Positions 37,734 to 47,859 of a stretch of 64,000 nucleotides of DNA are shown in pieces. The position numbers were made by a program, and so were the translations under genes. The notes below the pieces were generated by a model. The model ran no database searches and was not told the origin of the DNA. It was given only the letters and a program-made list of their open reading frames with translations. Location: positions 771,463-835,462 of the forward strand of contig CAWEHL010000004.1 of NCBI GenBank assembly GCA_963808895.1, read 5' to 3'. The stretch's first letter is position 1. Each line of letters begins with the position of its first letter. Origin of the DNA: an uncultured Chloroflexia bacterium. Its GTDB lineage: Bacteria > Chloroflexota > Limnocylindria > Limnocylindrales > CSP1-4.

Positions 37734-39413
37734 TCAGCTGGCGCGGAGCACGACGGCCTCGAGCGGGCGGAGGGTGAGCTGCTCCGCGCCGTTCGGCGCG
37801 CTCGGGTCGACGTGCGACCCACAGACCGGGCGAAACACCTCGCCGTCGCCGTTGGGAAGCGTCACGTCGCGCTCGGTGCCTGCGAAGTTCACGACGATCA
37901 ACATGTGGTCGCCGGGCGCCTCGCGATGCCAACCGAGGACGTCGGACGTGCCGAGCGACGCGAGATGGAGTGCACCCGAACGAAGCGCCTCCGACTCACG
38001 GCGCAGCGCGATCAGCCGTCGATAGGTGTTCAGCACCGAGCCCTGGTCCGCCTCCTGGGCCGCCACGTTCCGCTGGTCGGCGTCGTCGCCGAAGCGCAGC
38101 CACGGCCGACCGGTCGTGAACCCATGCCCGGGACCGGCCGCCCATGGCATCGGGGTCCGGCACTGATCGCGGTTCCACCATTGGAAGTCCGGGTCGCTCA
38201 GGGCGCGGCGCGCCGGCGGGTCGATGATCTCGTCGGTCGGGATGGGCACGTCCAGCATCCCGATCTCCTCGCCGTAGTACATGAACGGCGTCCCGCGGAT
38301 CGTGAGCAGCACCACGGCAGCGGCTCGTGCGACCGCATCGGTGTCGGCGATGCCGGCCGACGCCGAGAGTCGGCTGGCATGGCGCGACTGGTCGTGATTC
38401 GACAGGACGTTCGCCAGCCATCGGGCGCGCCCGAACATCGTCTCCCGCAGCCAGATGGCGTCGCCGTACGCCTCGGCCGCCCACGGGGCCTGCAGCAACG
38501 CCCAGTCGAACACCATGTGCCGTTCCGCCGTCAGCGCGACTGCGCGTTCCGCCTCGCTCGCGAACAGCTCGCCGACCGACATATGCCCCGGTACCTCGTC
38601 GAGGATCGCGCGGAACCTGCCGATCAGGTCAGGGAAATCAGGCTGATCGCGGTCGTAGAGATGCTGCTGGCGCGCCCAGAGCGTCGCGCCCTCGACCTCA
38701 GGGTTCGCCAGCAGCTCCGGGTGCTTGAGGAAGGCGTTGAAGACGTCGAGCCGGAACCCGTCTACGCCTCGCGCCAGCCAGCCGCGGACCATGTCGAACT
38801 GGGCCGCCTCGACCCGCGGGTTGCGCCAGTTCAGCTCGGGCTGCTCGACGAGGAAGGTGTGCATGTAGAACTGCTGCCGCGGCTCGTCCCACTGCCAGGC
38901 CGAGCCGCCGAACCACGACAGCCAGTTGTTCGGTGGGATCGGCTTGCCGGCCGAGTCGTGACCGGCCGGGTCGCGCCACAGGTACCAGTCGGCGTACTCG
39001 TTGTCGCGTGACGAGCGGCTCGCCTGGAACCACGGATGCTGGTCGCTCGTGTGGTTCATCACCAGGTCCAGCACGACGCGCAACCCGCGGCGGTGCGCCT
39101 CCGCGACCAACCGGTCGAACGCGGCATCGCCGCCGAAGAGCGGATCGACCGCGGTGTGGTCGCTGACGTCGTATCCGACGTCGCGGCCCGGCGACGGGTA
39201 GATCGGGGAGAGCCACAGCGCGTCGACACCGAGGTCCCGCAGGTAGTCGAGCTTGGCGATGATCCCGGGCAGGTCGCCGACCCCGTCGCCGTCGCTGTCG
39301 GCGAAGCTGCGCGGGTAGATCTGGTACGTGACGCCGTGCTGCCACCACTCGTCGCCGAACCTCGCACCGACCACGCCCGAGGGTTCGTCCCGGACGACCA
39401 TCTGCTCCGTCAT
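37734..39413 (-). CDS. GH13 alpha-glucosidase / oligo-1,6-glucosidase-type glycoside hydrolase
   Basis: ATG at 39413. Motifs: YQIYPRSFADSDGDGVGDLPGIIAKLDYLRDLGVDALWLSPIYPSP, VVLDLVMNHTSDQHPWF, GVDGFRLDV, GTPFMYYGEEIG. Confidence 0.85.
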   Translation of the reverse strand: MTEQMVVRDEPSGVVGARFGDEWWQHGVTYQIYPRSFADSDGDGVGDLPGIIAKLDYLRDLGVDALWLSPIYPSPGRDVGYDVSDHTAVDPLFGGDAAFDRLVAEAHRRGLRVVLDLVMNHTSDQHPWFQASRSSRDNEYADWYLWRDPAGHDSAGKPIPPNNWLSWFGGSAWQWDEPRQQFYMHTFLVEQPELNWRNPRVEAAQFDMVRGWLARGVDGFRLDVFNAFLKHPELLANPEVEGATLWARQQHLYDRDQPDFPDLIGRFRAILDEVPGHMSVGELFASEAERAVALTAERHMVFDWALLQAPWAAEAYGDAIWLRETMFGRARWLANVLSNHDQSRHASRLSASAGIADTDAVARAAAVVLLTIRGTPFMYYGEEIGMLDVPIPTDEIIDPPARRALSDPDFQWWNRDQCRTPMPWAAGPGHGFTTGRPWLRFGDDADQRNVAAQEADQGSVLNTYRRLIALRRESEALRSGALHLASLGTSDVLGWHREAPGDHMLIVVNFAGTERDVTLPNGDGEVFRPVCGSHVDPSAPNGAEQLTLRPLEAVVLRAS

Positions 39414-39457
39414 GGGCGACAGCCTACGGTACCGGCAGCCCTCGATATACTCCGCGC

Positions 39458-40625
39458 GATGACCTCCCAGCCACCCGCCGGCCGGCCGGCCGACCGCGTG
39501 CGCCTCGGGGTCGCCGGGCTCGGCGCCGTCGCCCAAGCCGTTCACCTCCCGCTCATCGAGCGGCTCCGCGACGCCTACACGATCGATGCGATCGCCGACC
39601 TCTCCCCGACGCTGACGAGGGCGATCGGCGAGCGATATCGCGTCGACGAGTCGCGCCGATTCGGCACGGTCGAGGAGCTCATCGCGGCGTCCGGCCTCGA
39701 TGCGGTCGCGATCCTGACCTCAGGCTCCCACGCGCCGGCCGTCGACGACGCCCTCGATGCCGGGCTGCCGGTCTTCGCCGAGAAGCCGCTCGCGTTCACC
39801 CGGAAGGAGCTGGACGGGATCGATACCCGGCTCGCGACGACCGACGGTCCGCGCCTCCACCTGGGCTACATGAAGCTCTACGACCCGGCGGTCATGCGTG
39901 CCCTCGAGCTCGCGGCGGAACGGGGATACGGCGATCCCCGCGCGATCGAGGTCACGGTCCTCCATCCGACCGGCGACTCGCAGCTGGCCTTCGCGCATCT
40001 GCTGCCCGGGCCCACGGACGTCCCGCAGCCGGTCCGTGCGCAGCTGACCGAGGCCACGCATGCGCTCCAGCGTGAAGCCCTCGGGGAGGCGGCCGCGGAG
40101 GCGTTCGGGCGCCTCTATACGGACATCCTGCTCGGCAGCGTCGTCCACGAGCTCGCACTCGTCCGTGCGTTCGCCGGCGATCCGAGCGCGGTCGACGGTT
40201 CGTGGGTATGGCCGGATGGCGCCTGGCCACCGTCCTTCGAGATGACCGGCGTCCTGCCCGCCGATGGCCGTGTATCGATCCGCTGGCATTACCTGCCCGA
40301 GTACGCCGCGTACCGAGAGTTCATCCGGGTCGTCTACGAGCGGGTGACGATCGAGCTCGAGTTCCCCTCGCCGTACCTGATCAATCGGCCGACCATCCTG
40401 CGGGTCACGTCACAGGAGGGCGGAGGGCGGAACGACGAGGTCTGGACATCGGTCGACGAGGCCTTCGAGACCGAGCTGATCGGCTTCCATGCCATGGTCG
40501 TGTCCGGGGCGGCACCGGCCGCGGGCGCCGCGGCAGGACGCGCGGACATCGTCACCTGCCAGCGGGCGATCGCCGCGCTCGCGCGAGCTCGCGGTGTCGA
40601 GATCGGGGGCGAGGCCGCGGCGTGA
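39458..40625 (+). CDS. Gfo/Idh/MocA-family NAD(P)-dependent oxidoreductase
   Basis: RLGVAGLGAVAQAVHLPLI (Rossmann motif) ...AVAILTSGSHAPAVDDALDAGLPVFAEKPLA. Intact. Its stop overlaps the GH38 GTG as GTGA at 40622..40625. Confidence 0.8.
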
Positions 40626-43368
40626 CCGATCGCGCCGTCATCCATCTCGTCCCGCACACCCATTGGGACCGTGAGTGGTACGAGCCGTTCCAGGTGTTCC
40701 GCATGCGGCTCGTCGACCTGATCGACCAGCTGCTCGAGCGGATGGCGGCCGATCCCCGACTCCGCTTCACGCTCGACGGCCAGACCGCGACCGTCGACGA
40801 TTACCTCGAGGTCCGCCCCGAGGCCGAGCCGATCATCCGGCAGCTCATCGCCGAAGGCCGCCTGGCGATCGGGCCGTGGATGATCCTGCTCGACGAGTTC
40901 CTCGTGTCGGGCGAGACGATCGTCCGGAACCTCGAGATGGGCTGGCAACGTGCCGAAGCGCTCGGCGGGGCGATGCGCGTCGGCTACCTGCCCGACATGT
41001 TCGGTCACATCGCCCAGATGCCGCAGATCCTGCGCCGCGCCGGGATCGACCGAGCCGCCGTCTGGCGCGGCGTCCCCGCGACGATCGACCGCCATCACTT
41101 CCTGTGGCGCGCACCTGACGGGTCGACCGTCGATACCGAGTACCTGGTCGGCGGCTACGGCAACGGCGCCTACCTGTTCGACGTTCCGGACCGCCTCGGC
41201 GTCAAGCTCGGCGAGTACCGACGGACCAACGCGGTCACGTACGGCGACCGCTCGCTCCTCGCGATGTACGGGACCGACCACGCCGTCCCCTCGCCGAAGC
41301 TCGCCGACCTCGTGGAGCTCGTCAACGCCGGCGGCGGCGACGTCGAGGTCCGGCTGGCGACCCTGACGGAGTACCTCGATCGCGACCGAGCGCTGCATCC
41401 CGGGCCGGCCGGCGATGCCCCGACCTGGGAGGGCGAGCTGCGGTCCGGTGCGCGAGCCAACATGCTGATGAACGTCATCTCGGCCCGGGTCGACCTCAAG
41501 GCCGCCGCGGCGCGCGCCGAACGCCGGCTGGAGCGGTACGCGGAGCCGCTGGCAGCCCTGCACGGGACGGCCTGGCCGGCACGCCTGCTGGAGCTCGCCT
41601 GGCGACGCCTGGTCGAGAACTCCGCGCACAATTCGATCTGTGGCTGCTCGCACGACGAGGTCGTCGCCCAGGTGATCGGCCGGTACGCCGAGGCCGAGCA
41701 GATCGCCACAGGGCTGGTCACATCCGTCCTGCGCGGCGTTGCATCGCGACTGCCCGCGGGTGGCTGGGCCGTCGTGAACCCGTCACCGGTCGACCGCTAC
41801 GACGTGGTCGAGCTCGACCTCGCCGTCCCGTCGGACTGGCCAGCCGTCGCCGTCAAGGTCGGCGACGAATCGATCCCGACCCAGGAGCTCGTGCGCGAGG
41901 GCGCCGCCCAGGGGGAGTACCGGGTCCGCGGCGCCGACCTCAAGGCGTTCTTCCACCGCCGGCGTCACGGGCGTGAGCTGCTGGGCCGCTTCATCAATGC
42001 ATCCGAGATCGACGCCTCGTCGACCCCGCCACGTATCGTCGTCCAGCTCGACCGCGTCGCCGATCCGCCCGAGCTCGACGTCGACGAGCTCATCGCGGCG
42101 ATCGAGCTCGCCGGCCAGGGACGTCCGGACGACCTGTGGGACGTGACGATCGACGTCACCAAGCGCCGGCGCGTCCTGGCACGCCTCCCCGCTCCCGCCC
42201 TCGGCTACGCCTGGGCGACCGAGATCGAGGCCAGCGAGCTCGACGTCGCGTCGATCCCGAACGCCGTCGAGGGCACGGACAGGACCCTGCGCAACGGCCT
42301 CGTCGAACTGGCGATCGCCGATGACGGCACGTTCCGGCTTGCCGGCGGCGGTGTCACCCTGGAAGGCGTGGGTCGGATCGTCGACGGCGGGGACGCCGGG
42401 GACAGCTACAACTACGGTCCCCCGGCGGCGGACCGCATCGTCGAGATCCCCGAGTCGGTCGACGTGCGGGTCGGGCAACGCGGGCCCCTCAGCGGAGACG
42501 CGACGATCGTCCGGAGCTTCGCGTGGCCGCGCGGGCTCACGGTGGACGCGACGGCCGCACGCCCGAAACGGTCCTGACCTCGGTGACGACCACCGTCGAG
42601 CTTCGCGCCGACGAGCCGTTCGTCCGCGTCTCCGTAACGTTCGACAACGACTCGCTGGATCACCGGGTCCGGTTCCACATCCCACTGCCGGCGCCGGTGA
42701 CCGGTTCCGCGGCCGAAGGCCAGTTCGCGGTGGTGGATCGCGGGCTCGAGGTCGAAGCGGGACACGGCGAGGTGCCGCTCCCGACCTTCCCCGCCGCCGC
42801 CTTCGCCGGCGTCGAGGGATGCAGCGTGCTACTCGACCAGGTCACGGAGTACGAGGTCGTCGACGGTCGTGAGATCGCGCTCACGCTGCTGCGCTCGTTC
42901 GGGCTGATCAGCCGCAACGCCAACCCGTACCGCGAGGATCCGGCCGGCCCTGAGGTCCCGGTGCCGGCGGCGCAGCTGCTCGGTCCGCGCTCGTTCCGGT
43001 TCGCGTTGTACCCCCATGCCGGCACGTGGCTCGACGCTGGCACCCGGTCCGCGGCCGAGCGCTACCGGCATCCGTTCGCCGTGGTGCGCTCGACCGGCGC
43101 CGCGGACGCGCCGATCGAGCCCGTCCCGGGACTCCGTCTCCAGGGCGACGGCGCGGTGCTGAGTGCCGTCCGCCGGCGCGGTGACTGGTTCGAGATCCGC
43201 CTCGTGAACGAACGGCCGGCGACGTGCCGCGCCACGCTGGAGATGCCGCTCGCCGAGGCGCGCGCCGCCGATCTCCTCGGCCGACCGGGCGCCCCGCTCG
43301 CGGTGTCCCGGGGGGCCCTGGAGCTCGACCTTGCGCCGTGGGAGATCCGGACGATCCAGGTCCGCTGA
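40622..43368 (+). pseudogene. GH38 alpha-mannosidase / mannosylglycerate-hydrolase-like enzyme, frameshift near 42550
   Basis: VIHLVPHTHWDREWYEPFQVFRMRL (GH38 signature) ...GYLPDMFGHIAQMPQIL. The C-terminal 280 aa continue in track ORF 42523..43368: TVELRADEPFVRVSVTFDN...FALYPHAG. Confidence 0.85.
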
Positions 43369-43386
43369 GGCCCCACGATGGGGGCC
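43368..43386 (+). terminator. hairpin immediately after the GH38 stop (AGGCCCC-acgat-GGGGCCT); weak U-tract
   Basis: Read directly from the sequence: a 7-bp GC stem with a 5-nt loop, followed by tcgagg. Confidence 0.4.
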
Positions 43387-43430
43387 TTCGAGGAACAGCG
43401 GGTGCTGGGCACTGTCATGCCTCTGCAACG

Positions 43431-43459
43431 TTGACAGTGATACGAGCGGGCTCTAGGCT
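43431..43459 (+). promoter_or_regulatory. sigma-70/SigA-type promoter candidate TTGACA-17 nt-TAGGCT, overlapped by an 8-bp inverted repeat (CACTGTCA 43410..43417 / TGACAGTG 43432..43439)
   Basis: Read directly from the sequence. The -35 is a perfect TTGACA, the spacer is 17 nt, and the -10 matches TANNNT. It lies about 220 nt upstream of the ABC-transporter SBP start. Confidence 0.5.
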
Positions 43460-43679
43460 CGCGGCACTTTCGACCGTACCGCACCATGTCGGGTGGACGG
43501 CCGGAGGGTCCGGTCGCGACCCAGACACGGTCGGTGCCCATCGGATGTCAACCGAGGCACGGTCGGCGGGTCGAGTACCGGCGGAGGAGAGCGCGAGTGG
43601 ACGGGCTCTGTCGCCGTCGATCGCGTGAGCGAACGCCCGCCCCGGCGGGCATACGGTGTCCGTTTCTGAGGAGGAGTCG

Positions 43680-45039
43680 ATGACAAGAACGCTCCGATTC
43701 CCCGCCATCCTGCTTTCGGCCGCGTTCATCGCGGCTGCGTGCAGCGGCGGTGGTGGAGGCAGTAGCAGTGCTCCGGCGGCGTCCGAGCCCGGTGCGAGCG
43801 CCAGCGGTGGCGCGAGCGGCGGGCCGGTCACGAGCGGCGCGGCCGGCGAGATCAACGTCCTGTCGCTGTGGGGCGGCAGCGAGGAAGAGGCCTTCAAGAA
43901 GGTCCTCGCCGACTTCACCGCGAAGACCGGCTGGGGCGTCAAGTACGAGGCTGACCGCCAGACGTACTCCACGACGCTGCAGTCGCGCATCACCGGCGGC
44001 AACCCGCCGGACATCGCGATCATCCCGGGCATCGGCTTCCTGCGCCGCTTCGCCAAGGATGGCTCGCTCAAGAAGATCTCCGACCTGGGCGTCGATGCCG
44101 TCGGCCCTGACCCAGGACTACCCCGAGGGCTTCCTCGGCCGCCGGCACCGTCGACGGCGAGCTGTACGCCCTGCCGGCGAAGTACAACAACAAGGGCACG
44201 ATGTGGTTCCGGCCCGACGTCTACAAGGCCGCCAGCGTCGACGAGCCCGAAGACCTGGGACGAGTACAAGGCGGCGCTCGAGACGACCAAGGACAAGCCG
44301 GGCGCCATGGCCCTCGGTGCCAAGGACGACTGGAACCTGACCGACTGGTTCGAGAGCATCTACATCCGCCAGTCCGGCGTCGACGCCTACGACAAGCTGT
44401 TCAGCAAGGATGGCGACTGGTCGGACCCGAGCGTCCAGAAGACCGTCGACACCATGCTCGAGGTCATCAACGACAAGTACGTCGTCGGTGGCATCGACGC
44501 GGCCGTCGGCCGCGCCTGGACCGACGCGATCGCGCAGGTCTTCAAGCCGACGCCCGAAGGCGGCGCACCTTCTACGAGGGTGGCTTCGTCGGCGGCATCG
44601 CGACCGGCCAGACGAACAAGGACCTGAAGTCATCGGCGAGACGATCGACTGGTATCCCGTTCCCGACGCTTCGGCAACACCGAGGACGTCACGACCTTCG
44701 GCGGTGACGTCGTCGGCGCGCTGACCGACAGCGATGGCGCCAAGGCGTTCATGCAGTACGTCATCACGCCCGACGCCAACAAGGTCTGGGCCAGCACCGG
44801 CGCCATCGTCTCGCCGAACAAGGGCGTCGGCACCGACGCGTATCCGAACGACCTCGTCGTCCGCGAGGCGCAAGTCGCTCACAGAGCGCCGCGCAGATCC
44901 GGTACGACGGGTCCGACCTGCTGCCCGCCGGCATCCAGGGCGAGAGATGGGCGCGCTCCTCCAGCGAGCGATCGCCGGGGACAAGATCGACTGGGCCGAC
45001 TTCCAGACGCGCGTCAAGGCCGCCTGGGACGCCGAGTGA
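43680..45039 (+). pseudogene. sugar ABC transporter substrate-binding lipoprotein, at least 8 frameshifts
   Basis: A GAGGAGG RBS precedes ATG 43680. Lipobox: MTRTLRFPAILLSAAFIAAAC. Family-like pieces alternate between the three frames: INVLSLWGGSEEEAFKKVLADF; GNPPDIAIIPG; ELYALPAKYNNKGTMWFRPDVY; WDEYKAALE...LGAKDDWNLTDWFESIY; FYEGGFVGG; AFMQYVITPDANKVWA; IDWADFQTRVKAAWDAE. Confidence 0.8.
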
Positions 45040-45069
45040 CCGAGAGGTCTCATCTAGCACGACCTGAAC

Positions 45070-45093
45070 GCGGGCGGCCTTCGGGCCGCCCGC
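45070..45093 (+). other. perfect 10-bp GC hairpin with a TTCG loop between the SBP and permease genes (intra-operon stabiliser or partial terminator candidate)
   Basis: GCGGGCGGCC-ttcg-GGCCGCCCGC, read directly from the sequence. There is no U-tract, and a strong RBS (GGAAGGAGGAG) follows. Confidence 0.5.
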
Positions 45094-45120
45094 GTCCTGT
45101 CATCCGGGAAGGAGGAGCAG

Positions 45121-46105
45121 ATGGCTGTCGTAGCGCCAGGTGGGGTCGACGCGGCCGGCGTGGCGACGAGCGCGGCACCAGCCACATCACCCGCAACGCC
45201 CATCGCCGGACGTCGCTGCGACCGGACCGTCATCCTGTTCCTCGGCCCGACCGGCGCTCCTCATGCTCATCTTCCTCGATCTACCCGACGATCTACACGA
45301 TCGCCCTGAGCTTCAACCGCGGCCGCCGCGGCGAGTTCACCGAATGGGTCGGTCTGCAGCACTACATCGGGCTGCTCAACGACAAGGCTTCCTCAACCTG
45401 AGCACGTTCCCGCCGTCGGGCGCGATCTGGAACAACGTGCTCTGGGCGATCTTCTACACGGGCTTCGTGATCTTCCTGGGGCTCGTCGTCGCGGTGCTCG
45501 CGTCACGCGTCCGCTACGAGTCGATCATCAAGGCGGTCGTCTTCCTGCCGATGGCGATCGCGGCGACCGCGCTCGCGATCATCTGGAACTTCGTCTACGC
45601 GCCCGATCCGAACATCGGCCTGCTGAACGCGATCCTCGACCCGTTCACGATCGGGGGCATCTCGTGGCTCGGCAACCCGTCGCTCGTGAACGCGGCGCTG
45701 ATCGCGGCCGGCATCTGGGGCTCGGTCGGGTTCGCGACGGTCATCCTCTCGGCGGCCCTCAAGAGCATCCCGAGCGAGGTCCTCGAGGCCGCCCGAACGG
45801 ACGGTGCGAACGAGCGGCAGGTCTTCTTCCGGATCATCCTGCCGATGGTCAGCCTGCCGATCTCGGTGCTGGCGGTCACGCTGCTGGTCAACGTCATCAA
45901 GCTGTTCGACCTGATCTACGTCCTGACCAACGGCGGTCCGGGCACGTCGAGCCGGGTGATCGCCTTCACGATGTACCAGGAATCGATCCCCGGCGGCCAG
46001 TTCGGCCGCGGCGCGGCGATCGCCGTGATCATGCTCATCCTGCTCGATCCCGATCATGGCCTACAACATCCGCCGCTTCCGCAGCTCGAGGGTCGTCGTA
46101 GATGA
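45121..46105 (+). pseudogene. carbohydrate ABC transporter permease (MalF/UgpA-like), at least 4 frameshifts
   Basis: ATG at 45121 follows GGAAGGAGGAG. Pieces: IYPTIYTIALSFNRGRRGEFTEWVGLQHYIGLLNDK; AIWNNVLWAIFYTGFVIFLGL...; EAARTDGANERQVFFRIILP (EAA loop). The end is inferred from an ATGA overlap at 46102..46105. Confidence 0.8.
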
Positions 46106-46994
46106 CTGCCGTCGCCGAGCCCCGCGCCACGCGAGCGCGAGCGCACCACGAGCGAGCGCCTCGTGCGGTTCCTGAACAGGACGCCGATCCACATCGCGCT
46201 GGCGCTCATCGCGCTGATCTGGCTCGCGCCGACGGTCGGCCTGCTGGTGACCTCGTTCCGGCCGCGCTAGGACATCCAGGTCACCGGCTGGTGGGAGAGC
46301 TTCCTCCAGTTCCGCTACACGCTCGAGAACTACCAGCGAGGTCCTCGCCGTCGCAGGGGATGCTCGAGGCGTTCTTCAACACGCTGCTGCATCGCGGTGC
46401 CGTCGACGCTGATCCCGCTCGTCGCTCGCCTCGATGGCCGCGTACGCCTTCTCGTGGCTGAACTTCCCGTTCCGGGACGGGCTGTTCCTGCTCGTCGTCG
46501 CGTTGCTGATGATCCCGGTGCAGGTCGCGTTCATCCCGCTGCTGAAGCTGTTCGCCCCGACGGGCCTGCTCAACAGCTTCGGGGCCATCTGGCTCGCCCA
46601 CACCGCGTTCGCGCTGCCGTTCGGGATCTTCCTGTTGCGCAACTTCTTCATCACGCTGCCGCGTGACCTGATCGAGGCGGCGCGGATCGACGGCGCGTCG
46701 ACGGTCGGCATCTTCCGCCAGATCGTCGTGCCGCTGTCGGTGCCGGCGATCGCCGCCTACGGCATCTTCCAGTTCCTGTGGGTCTGGAACGACCTGCTCA
46801 TGGCCCTCGTCTTCGTCCAGCGCGGCGACATGTGGCCGATGACCAAGGCGATCCAGAACCTGCTCAGCCAGTACGGCACCGAGTGGCACCTGCTGGCCGC
46901 CGGCGCGTTCATCCTGATGGCCGTGCCGCTGATCGTGTTCTTCAGCCTCCAGCGGTACTTCGTCCAGGGTCTGCTGGCGGGTTCGGTCAAGTAG
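46102..46994 (+). pseudogene. carbohydrate ABC transporter permease (MalG/UgpE-like), at least 3 frameshifts plus an in-frame TAG (46268..46270)
   Basis: RFLNRTPIHIALALIALIWLAPTVGLLVTSFRPR-TAG-DIQVTGWWESF...YTLENY; GMLEAFFNTLL; then track ORF 46434..46994 with IEAARIDGASTVGIFRQIVVPLS (EAA loop). Confidence 0.8.
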
Positions 46995-47007
46995 CGGCAA
47001 CGCGCCG

Positions 47008-47859
47008 TTGCGGGTCGCGACCTGGAACATCCGGGCCGCGATCGGCCCCGGCGAGCCGTTCCCGCCGGCCTGGTGGCGGCACGTCACCGACGAGCGACTC
47101 GAGCGCATCGCCGGCGTCATCCGCGGTCTCGACGCGGACGTCGTCGCGCTCCAGGAGGTCGTCGTTCTACGACGTCGACGGCGAGGTGCACGACCAGCCG
47201 CTCGGCCCTGGGCCGCCTGACCGACCGCCACGTTCGCTACGGCGCCGTCCACGCCTTCGCGCTGATCGAGCCCGAGACCGGGCGGGCGGTCGGCAGCGCG
47301 ACGTGGGGCAACGTGCTGCTCACCCGGGAGCCGATCCGCGACGGGTTCACGCTCGGCTCTGCCGATCGGCTCGGACGATGACCTCGTCGAGCCCGCGGGG
47401 AGCGGCCTCCCGTCGGCCGGGATCGCCTTCGCCGCCGCCCCCTACGGGACCCGGGAGCCGCGCTGTGCGGTCGGCGGCCGGGTGTCCATCGATGGTGGCG
47501 CCGACGCGACCGTCGTCTCCACCCATCTCGCGTACGCGGGTGGCGAGCAGCGGGCCGCGCAGGCGAGAGCCTGGCCCGGATCGCCGATGGAACGGCTGGG
47601 CCGGTGGTGCTCCTCGGTGACCTCAACGCCGCGATCGACGCACCCGAGCTGCGCTCGCTCGCCGCGACCTTCACCGACGCCTTCGCCGCCGTCGGGATCG
47701 CCCCGGGCGACGCGCGACGGCGTTCGTGCGGTCCCCAGCCGATCGACCACATCTTGGTCGCGTGGGTGCCGCGTGGACGACTGCCGCGTCGTCACCGAGG
47801 CCGGCGACGCGTCCGACCACCTGCCGGTGGTGGCGACCCTACGATCCGAGGTCGGCTAG
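47008..47859 (+). pseudogene. endonuclease/exonuclease/phosphatase (EEP) family protein, at least 5 frameshifts
   Basis: TTG at 47008 gives LRVATWNIRAAIG...DADVVALQEV. Other frames carry YGAVHAFALIEPETGRAVGSATWGNVLLTREPI, VVSTHLAYAG, VVLLGDLNA and IDHILV...ASDHLPVVATL. Confidence 0.7.

Noticed and set aside
43486-43683. A leader peptide ORF (65 aa) in the 5' leader of the ABC-transporter operon.
   Set aside because: The translation (MSGGRPEGPVATQTRSVPIGCQPRHGRRVEYRRRRARV...) is Arg-rich with no RBS and has the composition of an off-frame GC artefact. The region is treated as untranslated leader instead.
6834-46270. TAG reassignment (pyrrolysine or Gln/Glu recoding) as the explanation for the two in-frame TAG codons.
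   Set aside because: There are only two cases, both in genes that also carry frameshifts. TAG serves as the normal terminator of several intact genes in this window: murJ, the 57726..58571 gene, the MBL hydrolase, the cyclase-STAND gene and the SRPBCC gene. No Pyl genes or methylamine methyltransferases were seen. In GC-rich genes TAG is the nonsense codon most readily produced by single substitutions of GAG or CAG.
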